Assembly: GCA_050246755.1 (NCBI GenBank)
Contig: JBFWVL010000001.1
Span: 352,001-416,000 of the forward strand
DNA from: Bacteriovoracia bacterium
GTDB taxonomy: Bacteria; Bdellovibrionota; UBA1018; CAIPTA01
Direction: 5' to 3'
DNA: 64,000 nucleotides
Under the pieces are notes generated by a model. The model ran no database searches, was not told the origin of the DNA, and was given only the letters and a program-made list of their open reading frames with translations. Positions 22,220 to 31,956 of this stretch are shown piece by piece. Position numbers and translations under genes: made by a program. How positions within the stretch are numbered: position 1 is the first letter of the stretch; each line of letters starts with the position of its first letter.

Positions 22220-22768
22220 ATGAGCAAATCCCGCTGCCACTGGGCCGATACCCACGAACTCTTCCCCGCCTATCACGATGAGGAATGGGGGAAACCCGTC
22301 CATGACGACCGGCTCCTCTTCGAGATGATTAACCTTGAGGGCGCCCAGGCCGGCCTGAGCTGGCTCACGATCCTCAAAAAGCGCGCAAGCTACAAAAAGG
22401 CCTTCGATAATTTCGACGCCAAAAAAATCGCCAAGTATACCGCGGCCAGGCAGGCGGTTCTCCTGAAGAACGAAGGCATCGTGCGCAATCGCCTGAAGGT
22501 GAAAGCCACGATCGAAAACGCGAAGGCATTTTTAGCCGCGCAGAAAGAATTCGGCAGCTTCGACAAATATATCTGGAGCTTCGTGGAAGGAAAAACCATT
22601 CCCCACTCCCAGCGCAAAAAGGCCCTCGCGATCAGCGAGGTGATGAGCAAGGAACTGAAGAAGCGGGGTTTTCGTTTCGTGGGCGCCACGATCTGTTTCG
22701 CGTTCATGCAGGCCGTGGGCCTGGTAAACGATCATGCACCGGAATGTTTTTTACATAAGAAGAAATAG
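22220..22768 (+). CDS. tag: DNA-3-methyladenine glycosylase I
   Basis: RCHW...YHDEEWG, LEGAQAGLSW.TIL.KR, IVRNRLK, KKRGFRFVG.T.C.AFMQA.G..NDH...C. Confidence 0.95.
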   Translation: MSKSRCHWADTHELFPAYHDEEWGKPVHDDRLLFEMINLEGAQAGLSWLTILKKRASYKKAFDNFDAKKIAKYTAARQAVLLKNEGIVRNRLKVKATIENAKAFLAAQKEFGSFDKYIWSFVEGKTIPHSQRKKALAISEVMSKELKKRGFRFVGATICFAFMQAVGLVNDHAPECFLHKKK

Positions 22769-23989
22769 CTAATCGTCGTAACGAATGACTCTCTGGTTTT
22801 CTGATTTGCGCTGCTCCCGGAATTTTTTGTCCTGCTCCCGCGCATAGACGATCCCGTACCCCGCCGCTCCCACCGGCGCCGCGGCGGCACCCACTACGGC
22901 CGCGCCCTCCGCGTGCACCACCAGCCCTTGCCAGATTTTCTCTCCCTTTTTGTAGGAAAAATCTCCGGCACGGCTTAAACCGTTAACTCCTTCGATCCGG
23001 AACATTTCGGTTTTCATCCCGTGCACGGCGCTTTCCTTCTCGATAAAATCCGCGCCCTTGCGCTCGCCTTTATCGATAAGAGTCTTCCTGAGGGAGCTGA
23101 GAAAATAACCGTAGTTCCACGTGTCGGTGCCTACTTCATTGAGGCCGAGCCTCTTCACGGCCGAAGCATGGTGGAGGTTTAGATCGTCGATGATGGGTTT
23201 GATCAAGGCCTGCATTTTTTCTTTTCCGATCGCTTCCTTCAATCGCCAGAGCGTGCGCGAGAAAAGCATGGAATTATCGTGGTAACGCCCGCCAAAATTC
23301 TCCGGGCTTACCACCCACTTTCCGCCTCCGCTCACGCCCGTGGCGATGTCCCTAATCGGCAGGTCGGGGTGAAGCGCGCCCATCCCCATCGCGGGGTCAT
23401 CGAGGTTCATGGCCGCCATAAAATCAGCGAGCGCTTCCTGGATGGTATTGTCCTTATTGATGAAGGCTTTTTTATCGTAGGTGGCGTGGAGAATGCCGTG
23501 GGTGCGCTCGTGGAGAAGCACCGACTTCGACGTGGCGGCGAGTCGGTTGGTGAGAAACGGATTCATCGCGATCGTATTTTCGGGGAGCCGAAAATCGCGA
23601 ATATTCAGAATAGGAGCGCTCACTGAGAAGGGACCGATGGAGGAATGATAGGAATTTTCCGCCATCACGAGGCGGGTGCTGGCCGGAGTGCGGAATCCCA
23701 ACTGCCCCATGGCGTGGTCGTAGGCCACTAGGTTCGCCAGCGCTTCCTCGGCCGCCGCTTTTCCGGAGCCTATCTTTCCCATCACCCGGATGGTGCCGGC
23801 CTTCGCCAGGGAACGATAAGGGTACGTCATCAGTCCGGCAGCCACCTTCGCCGCCGTTAGATTTTCGCGTAAATCGGATTTCCGCTCGAACCGGGAAAGC
23901 GCCGCGAAGCGCTCGCCGCACGAGGCTTCGGCGGCAAGTGCCGCGGGCGTCGTGAAGGCTAAAGTGAGAATAGCGAGCAGGGTATACAT
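22769..23989 (-). CDS. Secreted gluzincin (thermolysin/M4-M36-like) metallopeptidase
   Basis: Signal peptide; LLHERTHG (HExxH) with downstream IQEALADF and HDNSMLFSRTLW; hydrophobic C-terminal segment. Confidence 0.65.
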   Translation of the reverse strand: MYTLLAILTLAFTTPAALAAEASCGERFAALSRFERKSDLRENLTAAKVAAGLMTYPYRSLAKAGTIRVMGKIGSGKAAAEEALANLVAYDHAMGQLGFRTPASTRLVMAENSYHSSIGPFSVSAPILNIRDFRLPENTIAMNPFLTNRLAATSKSVLLHERTHGILHATYDKKAFINKDNTIQEALADFMAAMNLDDPAMGMGALHPDLPIRDIATGVSGGGKWVVSPENFGGRYHDNSMLFSRTLWRLKEAIGKEKMQALIKPIIDDLNLHHASAVKRLGLNEVGTDTWNYGYFLSSLRKTLIDKGERKGADFIEKESAVHGMKTEMFRIEGVNGLSRAGDFSYKKGEKIWQGLVVHAEGAAVVGAAAAPVGAAGYGIVYAREQDKKFREQRKSENQRVIRYDD

Positions 23990-23996
23990 CCCAGCC

Positions 23997-24024
23997 GTAT
24001 CGGTTTTTTCCGGGGAGCGGTAAA
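23997..24024 (-). promoter_or_regulatory. sigma28-like promoter
   Basis: Minus strand TTTAC-N15-ACCGATAC, ending 7 nt before ATG 23989. Confidence 0.5.
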
Positions 24025-24103
24025 GAATTTCCGGTAGCAGGTAGCGTGGCGCTAAATAAAATCAGTTCGGGCTCGAGCCGGCCTGGTTTGCTAAATTAGA
24101 AGG

Positions 24104-24563
24104 ATGAAATCTCTTCTCTGTTTGCTCATGGCTTTTTTTGCTGCCCTCTCACGCCTACGCGGCGGAATCTAAAGTAATGCTCACCCAATGCGATGAATAC
24201 GCGAAAAAGTTCACGTCCGTGGCCGAAACCAAAAAACTCGCCGAAGGTTACGAGCAGTTCGTGACCAAGGCCATCGCCTCCGCCGATAACTTCAATCAGA
24301 AGTGCAAAGCCCTGGGCGCGAACGTAACCCAGAAAGCCGCGGCCCGTATCACCACCGACCGTGCCGATTATATGATCGCCGTTACCAAGCTGAAAAATTC
24401 CGCCTCGCGCGTGGCGCATTCCCTCGACGACCTCAACCGCTTGCTGGCCCAGCTCGGCGATAGCTCGGAATGCAAAAAGAATATCGATCAGTCGCTCCGG
24501 GTGATGACGAGCGGCTACCCCCGCAAAGAAGTGATCGTGGCGATCAACGATTGCAACAAGTAA
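24104..24563 (+). pseudogene. Secreted hypothetical protein frameshifted in a T7 run (or a sequencing error)
   Basis: ATG 24104 (MKSLLCLLMAF) is out of frame with 24138-24563. Deleting one T from 24133-24139 gives the signal peptide MKSLLCLLMAFLLPSHAYA|AESK. Confidence 0.65.
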
Positions 24564-24723
24564 CGCACTCCACCTGTCGGCGCCGCAAGTTCGTTAAATC
24601 CTCTTAACACCCCCCGGATCCATCAACCGCCGTATGCCCATCCCTAGCTACGGCCTTTTAGCCGTTGCCCCCCTCCCAACCCCGGCCTATAAAAGCTTTC
24701 TCAAACTCAACCAGAGGAAACCC

Positions 24724-25161
24724 ATGAAAAACTTTCTATTCGCCCTAGTCCTTTGCGCCGCCCCCGCCTTCGCTTCCACCCCCTCCGAAAACGTGGATAA
24801 AATTGATACCGCCCGCGAAGGCAATCTCAAGCAACTGACCGTGAAGTACTTTCAGGACAATCTGAAAATCGCCTGCGAAGAAGGACAAGTGGCGAAATTC
24901 GACGCTTTCAAAATCACCAGCGAGTCCGCGAACCAAGAAAAATCGCCCCATACCCCCTACGACTATTCGGCTACTTATCTCGTGGTGCAGAAATGTCTCT
25001 ACGGCTCCACTTACGTGGGCGCCTATGCCGACACCATGAAATCGGTTCTCGTGAAAGGCAGTTTCCACTCCAAATACAATAGCAAGAATGGCCCCGCGAA
25101 AATGGAAGGCCTCGCCTTTGAATACATTAAAGACGTAGACGTTTCGGTTCCCGCGAACTAA
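24724..25161 (+). CDS. Secreted hypothetical protein
   Basis: AGAGGA RBS; signal peptide MKNFLFALVLCAAPAFA; upstream TTGCCC-N17-TATAAA. Confidence 0.75.
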   Translation: MKNFLFALVLCAAPAFASTPSENVDKIDTAREGNLKQLTVKYFQDNLKIACEEGQVAKFDAFKITSESANQEKSPHTPYDYSATYLVVQKCLYGSTYVGAYADTMKSVLVKGSFHSKYNSKNGPAKMEGLAFEYIKDVDVSVPAN

Positions 25162-25176
25162 CCGTTTCTGAATAAA

Positions 25177-25219
25177 AGAAATGCCGGTGAAGCTTAGCTT
25201 TACTGGCATTTCTGTTTTT
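25177..25219 (+). terminator. Rho-independent terminator
   Basis: Inverted repeat AGAAATGCCGGTGAAGC / GCTTTACTGGCATTTCT followed by GTTTTT. Confidence 0.8.
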
Positions 25220-25236
25220 GTGATAGGTAGGAGCCC

Positions 25237-26346
25237 ATGAGTTCCTTCAACGACTTCGACCTCCTAGAAACCCTACGGGAAACCCTCGCCGAAAAAGGCT
25301 TTACCGAGCCCACCGAGATCCAGTCCCTCACCATCCCCCGTCTCCTCAACGGCAAGTCCGTGGCCGGCGTGGCCGAAACCGGCAGCGGGAAAACCCTCGC
25401 CTACGCCCTTCCCCTCCTCCACCTAGTGAAAAGCCTGGAGCTAGGCGGAGACAAGATCGAAGACGATTCCCGCCCCCGCGCCCTCGTGCTGGTTCCCACC
25501 CGCGAGCTCGGCGAGCAAGTGGCCAAAGCCTTCAAACCTTTCACCCATACCACCCGCGTGCGCGTGCGCTCCCTGCTCGGCGGCACTTCTTCCGAAATGG
25601 GTCGCCGGAACGTGGGCGCGCCCTTTGAAATTCTCGTGGCCACCCCCGGCCGCCTCGTGCAATTCCTCCAGCGCCGCCTCATCGACCTCAGCGACGTGCG
25701 CTCCCTCGTATTCGATGAAGCCGACCAAATGCTCGACCAGGGCTTCCTCCCCGACGCGAATAAGATCGCCGCGGCCTGCCCCGAAGAACGCCAGATGGTT
25801 CTCTTCTCGGCCACCGTTTCTTCCCAGGTGCAGGAACTCATCAACCAGCTCTTCGGCGACACGAAAATAATCCGCTCCGAGGGCAGCGGCAATACCGTGG
25901 CCAGCCTCACCACCCAGAACCGTACGGTGGAAAACGGCAAGCGCTTTCCCCTGCTGAAGAGCGTGGTGGCGGAAGTGGTGAAGGGTGGCACTATCCTGTT
26001 CACGAATACCCGCGAGCAATGCGATATTCTCGCCGAAGAATTGCAAAGCCTCGGAGCCGAGTGCGTGATCTACCGCGGAGAGATGGACAAGCAGGACCGC
26101 CGGAAGAACCTCAAGGCCTTCCGCGAAGGCAAAGTGCAATTCCTCGTGTCTACCGACCTCGCCTCCCGCGGGCTCGACGTAGACCACGTGGGCCGCGTAG
26201 TGAACTACCACCTGCCCCAGCAACTAGAAAACTACCTCCACCGCGTGGGCCGCACCGCCCGCGCCGGACGCGCCGGTTTGGTAATCAACTTTGTTACCGA
26301 GCGGGACCTGCCGCTGCTCAGGCAGCTGGATAAGATGGAAAAGTAA
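25237..26346 (+). CDS. DEAD-box RNA helicase
   Basis: Q motif PTEIQ, AETGSGKT, PTREL, TPGRL, DEAD, SAT, RGLD, HRVGRTAR. Confidence 0.95.
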   Translation: MSSFNDFDLLETLRETLAEKGFTEPTEIQSLTIPRLLNGKSVAGVAETGSGKTLAYALPLLHLVKSLELGGDKIEDDSRPRALVLVPTRELGEQVAKAFKPFTHTTRVRVRSLLGGTSSEMGRRNVGAPFEILVATPGRLVQFLQRRLIDLSDVRSLVFDEADQMLDQGFLPDANKIAAACPEERQMVLFSATVSSQVQELINQLFGDTKIIRSEGSGNTVASLTTQNRTVENGKRFPLLKSVVAEVVKGGTILFTNTREQCDILAEELQSLGAECVIYRGEMDKQDRRKNLKAFREGKVQFLVSTDLASRGLDVDHVGRVVNYHLPQQLENYLHRVGRTARAGRAGLVINFVTERDLPLLRQLDKMEK

Positions 26347-26371
26347 AACCGCGGGATGGCGTCCGCGGTTT
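26346..26371. terminator. Hairpin between convergent genes
   Basis: AAACCGCGG-gatggcgt-CCGCGGTTT inverted repeat. Confidence 0.55.
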
Positions 26372-26381
26372 AGGCCTCGAA

Positions 26382-27503
26382 CTAAGCCTCCGCCAGCTGC
26401 CCGGCCGGTGGACGTTTCTCCTGCACCATGCGCAGCACTTCCTGGTGGGCCTCGCAGCCGATGATCTTGGAAGTATCCTCGATGGGCGGAATCTTATAGG
26501 GCATCAGCATCCGGTCCTTCACTTCGTAGATACGCGCGTAGGCGGCTTCCACTTGCTCGGCGGTGATGCGGCCGGTTTCGAGGAACTTGAAGGCGATGTC
26601 CATGGCCTTGCGGCCCCGCTCTTCGTGGCGGTAGCAGAGCAGGTCGCAGCCGGCGTTGATGGCGAGGGCGATCATGTCCTCTTCGCCGAAGTGCTTCACC
26701 ACCGCATCCATCTGCATATCGTCAGTGATCACCAGCTTATTGTAACGGAGCTCTTTACGGAGAAGGTTCGTGATCGTCGTATAGGAAAGCGTGGCGGGAT
26801 AGATGGGATCGAGCGCCTTGTTCAGGATATGGGCGGTCATGATCATGTCCACGCGGCTGCGGATCACGCGGATGAAGGGCTTGAGTTCGCGCTTCATCAA
26901 ATCTTCCCAAGAAACATCCACCATCGGCAAGTCGTAGTGGGAATCCACGGTGGTATCGCCGTGGCCGGGAAAGTGCTTCGCGCAGGCGATCACTTTGTTG
27001 GCCACGAAGCCGCGCACCATGGCGCTGGCGATGCGGGAAACCAATTCGTCATCCGAGCCGAAAGAGCGGCGGCCAATTACGGGATTCGAAGGACGGGTGT
27101 GGATATCGCAGAGCGGGTGAAAATCTAAGTTCACGCCCACCGACCGTAATTCCTTGGCCATCACTTCGGCCACGAGGAAGGCTAATTTCGGGGAGGCGAT
27201 ATCGCCGATCTCGGCGGGCTCGGGAAAATGCGTGAAAGGCTTGCGGAAGCGCTGCACGCGCCCGCCTTCGTGATCCACCGAAATAAAGAGCGGAAGGTTG
27301 CGGCCCTTATCGCGGGTGCTCTGGATATTTTCCGACATTTCGTGCAGGAGCGCGGGCGTTTCGTAGTTGGGCGCAAAATAAATGATGCCGCCCGGCTGGT
27401 AGTCTTCGAGGAACTCCTTCGAGGCGGGCGCGAGCTCGGTGCCCGGCACTCCCACGATGAACATCTGCGCCAGTTTGTATTCAATCTCAGATCGTTTCGC
27501 CAT
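26382..27503 (-). CDS. nagZ: Beta-N-acetylhexosaminidase (GH3)
   Basis: DHEGGRVQR, NPVIGRRSFG, KHFPGHGDTTVDSH, IMTAHI, PATLS, ITDDMQM. Confidence 0.92.
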   Translation of the reverse strand: MAKRSEIEYKLAQMFIVGVPGTELAPASKEFLEDYQPGGIIYFAPNYETPALLHEMSENIQSTRDKGRNLPLFISVDHEGGRVQRFRKPFTHFPEPAEIGDIASPKLAFLVAEVMAKELRSVGVNLDFHPLCDIHTRPSNPVIGRRSFGSDDELVSRIASAMVRGFVANKVIACAKHFPGHGDTTVDSHYDLPMVDVSWEDLMKRELKPFIRVIRSRVDMIMTAHILNKALDPIYPATLSYTTITNLLRKELRYNKLVITDDMQMDAVVKHFGEEDMIALAINAGCDLLCYRHEERGRKAMDIAFKFLETGRITAEQVEAAYARIYEVKDRMLMPYKIPPIEDTSKIIGCEAHQEVLRMVQEKRPPAGQLAEA

Positions 27504-28891
27504 TAGCTTCCCTGCTTAATCCCTAGTTCCTTCATCTTCAGCTGCAAACCCTTGCGCGAAATACCGAGATGCTCGGCGGTGCGGGTAATATTGCCGTCCA
27601 TTTCCTCAAGGGCCTTCTCAATCAGATCTTTCTCGAGATTCTGGGTTTGGCGGCGCACGATCTCGCGAAAGGAGGCGCCCTCGCTTCCCGCGGAAAGATC
27701 GATCTCCGAGCGAAGGTCGCCGGGAATCTCGGAGGCTTTTAGTTCCGCCCCGGTAGCCAGCAAGCACATTCTCTCGAGCACATGCTCGAGCTGGCGCAAA
27801 TTACCCGGCCAGGAAACCGCGCGAAAAACTTCCATGCAGCCCGGCTCGACGCCGCGCACGTTGCGGTTCAGTTTTTTATTCAGGCGGCGGAGAAAAAACT
27901 CCGTGAGCTCGGGCAAGTCCTCCTTGCGCTCGCGGAGCGGCGGCAAGGTAATCGGCACCACGTTGAGCTTATAAAAAAGATCTTCCTGGAAACGCCCTTC
28001 CTTTACCTCGCGCTGCAAATCCTTGCGGCTGGCGGCGATCACGCGCACGTCGGCGGTATGCTTTTCGCCGGTGCGGGGATCCTCAAATTGGCCCGTTTCC
28101 AGGAATTGGAAAAACTGCTGCTGCACCTCGGAATTCATCTCGGAAATTTCGTCGATAAACAGGGTTCCCTTGTTAGCCAGCTCGAGCCGGCCGGGCTTCG
28201 AGCCTCCGCCGAAGAGCTCGGTCTCGAGCGTCATCGAAGAAACCGCCACGCAGTTCACCTTGATGAGGGGCTGAAAAGAGCGATCCGAAAGGCGGTGGAT
28301 TTCCTCGGCCAGCAATTCTTTACCGCAACCCGTTTCGCCCAAGAGCAAAAGAGTGCTGGGGCTCGGGGCCACTTTGCGGATTACTTCTTTTACCGACTGA
28401 ATCACCCGTGATTTTCCGCTGAGCACGGCGAATACGCTCATCTCTTCCGCGTTGGCGGTGCCCTCGGTATTCTCGAGGGAAAGCTGCTTAAGGCGCGCGG
28501 TGTTCACGGCTTTCTGCACCACCGAAACGATCTCGCTCTGTTCAAAGGGTTTCGTAATATAATCAAAGGCGCCCTTTTTAATCGCGTCCACGGCGGAATC
28601 CACCGTGCCGAACGCGGTGATCATCACTACCGGCATGCTGGGATAAAGGCGCTTGCTCTCCTCGAGGAAAGCCATGCCGTCGATATCGGGCATGTATAAA
28701 TCAGTGATCGCGGCATCGAAATGCTGGGTGCGAAGGGCATTGAGCGCCTCGCGGGGATCGGTGAAGCCCTCCACGCGGAATTCTCGTTTTTCCAAAATGG
28801 CTTTCAGCACCGTCACGATATTGCGCTCGTCGTCGAGCACGAGCACCGAGGGTGCCTGGCCATCCGGGGTTTGCGAAGCGAACATACTCAC
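27503..28891 (-). CDS. NtrC/Fis-family response regulator (REC-AAA+-HTH) lacking the GAFTGA loop
   Basis: REC domain TDLYMP; GETGCGKE; ELFG-GGS-KPGRLELA; FIDEI; DLFYKLNV; PPLRERKED; WPGNLRQLE; Fis-type HTH. Confidence 0.9.
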   Translation of the reverse strand: MSMFASQTPDGQAPSVLVLDDERNIVTVLKAILEKREFRVEGFTDPREALNALRTQHFDAAITDLYMPDIDGMAFLEESKRLYPSMPVVMITAFGTVDSAVDAIKKGAFDYITKPFEQSEIVSVVQKAVNTARLKQLSLENTEGTANAEEMSVFAVLSGKSRVIQSVKEVIRKVAPSPSTLLLLGETGCGKELLAEEIHRLSDRSFQPLIKVNCVAVSSMTLETELFGGGSKPGRLELANKGTLFIDEISEMNSEVQQQFFQFLETGQFEDPRTGEKHTADVRVIAASRKDLQREVKEGRFQEDLFYKLNVVPITLPPLRERKEDLPELTEFFLRRLNKKLNRNVRGVEPGCMEVFRAVSWPGNLRQLEHVLERMCLLATGAELKASEIPGDLRSEIDLSAGSEGASFREIVRRQTQNLEKDLIEKALEEMDGNITRTAEHLGISRKGLQLKMKELGIKQGS

Positions 28892-31005
28892 TCCTTCTTC
28901 TCAGTGGTGAATCGCAGCGTCATCAGCGTGCCTTCTCCGGGCACGCTAGAGGCTTCCATTCTCCCGCCGTGAGCCTCGGCGATTTTCTGGCAAATCGAAA
29001 GTCCTAAGCCCGTGCCCTGCGGGCTTTGGGTAAAGAAGGGAATGAAAATTTTATCCAAAACCTCATTCGTCATCCCCGGCCCGTTGTCTTCCACGCCGAG
29101 ACTGATTTCGATATTACCATCGCGTATTGTATGGGCCAACCGGAGGGAGATGGTAGGCCTTTTTTGACCTTTTTTCCCGTTTAACGCACGGTAAGAATTC
29201 TCTAAAAGATTCGCGAGCACGAGCCCGATCAACGCAGGCTGGCACTTCACCTGCGGCATCGCATCAGGAATCACCACAAAGAATTCGATGTTTTCTTCGG
29301 CAAAGCGGCGGCGAAAACGGCTCGCGGCTTTTTCCACCACTTCGCGCAAATCGGCGAAGGTAGGCTCGCCGCGAAACGGCTTGGCGTAGTTCAAGAACTG
29401 CGTCACCACTTCATTGAGGCGATTCACTTCCTCCACGATGATTTTTAAAAATGGTTCTTGCGGATCGCCGGGCTTGGGCTCCAGCACCTGCGCCGCCCCC
29501 TTGATAGCCCCGAGGGGATTGCGAATTTCGTGCGCGAGGCCGGCCGCCATTTCACCGATCGTGGCCAGGCGATCCCGCTCCCGCAAGCGGGCATAGATAT
29601 CCAGCTCATGGAGTGCTTCCCCAGCCCGCTCGAAGTACGGGGCGAAGAGCGGCAAGGCTCCCCAGCTCTCATCCCAATGGACGGGCGGCTCGGGAAGATC
29701 CAAAGTGGCGAATCCCAGCACGATATGATTGTGCACGAGCGGGAACGCCAGGGTCGAACGCAGCGACTGCAAAGCCTGCAGCGCCAGCTGCACTTGAGCC
29801 AAGCGAGAGGGAATGGTCTCGCGCGCGCTCACCTGTTCGAGCTCCACACCGAGCACGGGCATCCAGGTCTTTCCCTTTTTCCACTGGTGAATCAGCGGAA
29901 AACTCGCGGGCAAAGATTCGGGAAGCGACTGGCCGGCGGTGGTATCGTGCAGCTTACGAAACTGTTTCCCCTCCGCGTCTAGCGCATAAAACGAAAGCAT
30001 GGAAGTTCCCAATGCACGCGTAAGAAATTTATCGGTGGCCGCCGCGATGGCCTGGCCATGGAAAGCGCCCGCGATTTCTTTGCTCGCCTCCTGGATGAGG
30101 CGGTGGATGGCGGAAGCTTCTTTGAAAAAGAAGGATTGGAAGAGCACGGAGGCAATGCTGCGCACGGGGTCTAAGCTAACCACCGCGATGAAGGCGGCAA
30201 AGAAAGCATTGATCAGGTAGAGCGCGAGATTATTTTTCACCCAGGTGGTGATCAGAATAAAAAGCAGGAAGCAGCTCAGGCCACCCACGATATTCACGAG
30301 CAAGCGGCCGAGAATACGGCGGGAACTTACGAGTGACTGGTGGAGCACGGCGTCCTTGATGAAATAGAAATACAGCGCCAGCAGAAGGTTTCCCACCGCG
30401 GGCAATACCCTTCCCATCCAGGGCACTCGGTCCATCACGCAGAGGAGCGTTACGCATACGCCGCCTAGGTAGAGCCAAAAGTTCCGGCGGCGCAGAGCCG
30501 AGCGCATGTCGAGGGCCGCAAGCCGCGCAAAATCACCCCAGCCTCCCCGGGGCTTCACGGCACCAAAAGCCTCGGAGAGTAGGAGGTAGAGATTCGCGAT
30601 CACGATGAGAGTAGGCCAGTAATAGCTCAAGGCCCGAATGGCGGGCGTGCGATCCAGGCCGAACACAACGGGGGGAATTAAAACGAAAGACCCCACCACC
30701 GAAAGCCGCAGGAGCCAGCGAAATACCCAGCCTTCAGGCCGAAGAAGGATATTCAGAAATACCAGGCTGAGCGGGGCGAGAAGTAAGGTGGTCAAGATAT
30801 GGACTGTCTCAAAAAGGCGCCAGTCCAGCACATTGGCCACAAAAAAGGCAAAAGCCCAAGCGCTGATGCAAAGGGTAAGGGCTGAATATGCCAGGTTAAG
30901 CTTATTCCCGAGCCCCCTGGATAGAACGTAGATGCCTAGGCTGAAGCACACGGCAGCGAGTAGGAGCACCGACTCAAATAAAAGGTCTATTTTGGCCGCG
31001 TACAT
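28888..31005 (-). CDS. Membrane sensor histidine kinase (multi-TM N-terminus, GAF-like domain)
   Basis: GEMAAGLAHEIRNPL, NLLENS, EDNGPG, KIFIPFFT, GTGLGL; overlaps the response regulator start. Confidence 0.92.
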   Translation of the reverse strand: MYAAKIDLLFESVLLLAAVCFSLGIYVLSRGLGNKLNLAYSALTLCISAWAFAFFVANVLDWRLFETVHILTTLLLAPLSLVFLNILLRPEGWVFRWLLRLSVVGSFVLIPPVVFGLDRTPAIRALSYYWPTLIVIANLYLLLSEAFGAVKPRGGWGDFARLAALDMRSALRRRNFWLYLGGVCVTLLCVMDRVPWMGRVLPAVGNLLLALYFYFIKDAVLHQSLVSSRRILGRLLVNIVGGLSCFLLFILITTWVKNNLALYLINAFFAAFIAVVSLDPVRSIASVLFQSFFFKEASAIHRLIQEASKEIAGAFHGQAIAAATDKFLTRALGTSMLSFYALDAEGKQFRKLHDTTAGQSLPESLPASFPLIHQWKKGKTWMPVLGVELEQVSARETIPSRLAQVQLALQALQSLRSTLAFPLVHNHIVLGFATLDLPEPPVHWDESWGALPLFAPYFERAGEALHELDIYARLRERDRLATIGEMAAGLAHEIRNPLGAIKGAAQVLEPKPGDPQEPFLKIIVEEVNRLNEVVTQFLNYAKPFRGEPTFADLREVVEKAASRFRRRFAEENIEFFVVIPDAMPQVKCQPALIGLVLANLLENSYRALNGKKGQKRPTISLRLAHTIRDGNIEISLGVEDNGPGMTNEVLDKIFIPFFTQSPQGTGLGLSICQKIAEAHGGRMEASSVPGEGTLMTLRFTTEKKE

Positions 31006-31055
31006 AAGAATCCTTCAGCAGTTCCTCATAAGTTCCGAGAAGTTAATCGGACAAT

Positions 31056-31580
31056 ATGAGCTCACCAATACGAAAAAAAGATACACAGTCAGCCTGGTTC
31101 GACATAGCTGTTTTTGCGGTGATCGCCGCCTTTTTCCTCTTCTCGGCCCGCAGCTTGACGCGTAGTCAGGCTCGACCGGCCTCCGCCGAGGCCGCAGCGC
31201 AGCTTCCGGAGCGCAGCCTGGCTTCTTCTCAGCAGGCCGCTCCCACCCCGGCCACCGCCGACCAATCCATCCAAGTTTTCCGCCTGGACTGCCTCTTTAA
31301 CGCATCCCTGAAGCCCATCACCACCGAAGCCAGCATGGTGCGCATCATGGCGAATATCTGCAGCAGCAAAAAACCGCTCGCCAAAAATACTCTCTTCGTC
31401 GGGAAAAATTTAAGCTCCGGCGAAGACATCGTGCCCTTCGTGCAGGACGGGAAGTCCATGTCGACGAACTACTTTTCGCTCCGCGAGGGCTCCAATAAAA
31501 TCTCTTTCCGGCTCAACCTCGCCAAGGGCCAGGAAATCCAGCAAGAGCTGGAATTCGTAAAGACCCCTAAGCCCGAATAA
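31056..31580 (+). CDS. Membrane-anchored hypothetical protein
   Basis: N-terminal TM segment, ERSLAS linker, C-terminal beta-rich domain (TNYFSLREGSNKI). Confidence 0.7.
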   Translation: MSSPIRKKDTQSAWFDIAVFAVIAAFFLFSARSLTRSQARPASAEAAAQLPERSLASSQQAAPTPATADQSIQVFRLDCLFNASLKPITTEASMVRIMANICSSKKPLAKNTLFVGKNLSSGEDIVPFVQDGKSMSTNYFSLREGSNKISFRLNLAKGQEIQQELEFVKTPKPE

Positions 31581-31594
31581 ATTCAGGAGAAGCC

Positions 31595-31945
31595 ATGAAA
31601 ACCTCCATCTCCCTATTTCTCTTACTTGCCTTCTCGCTAGCCGGCTGTTCATCCGCTCCGCCCGCGAACGAAAGAAAGGTGGCATCGAAGAAAGAAGCGT
31701 CTCCGGTGGAACCCGCGGAAATCCGGGGCGTGATCCAGGCGCAAGGCGGAGAGTCCGATAATTATTTCATCAAGGATAAAAAACTCGGCAAGATCGAGCT
31801 CTACCACTACGGCAAAGAAGCCTACTGGGCGATCCGCAATAACGAAGGCAAGACGGCGGTGCTTTGGGGCAGCTGGGACGAATCGCAGGATCGCCAGCTC
31901 GTATTCGTGGTGTACAAAGTGACCGTACTAGACGCCGCTAAGTAA
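31595..31945 (+). CDS. Lipoprotein, hypothetical
   Basis: Lipobox LAGC; AGGAG RBS. Confidence 0.75.
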   Translation: MKTSISLFLLLAFSLAGCSSAPPANERKVASKKEASPVEPAEIRGVIQAQGGESDNYFIKDKKLGKIELYHYGKEAYWAIRNNEGKTAVLWGSWDESQDRQLVFVVYKVTVLDAAK

Positions 31946-31956
31946 AGATTGATGGG

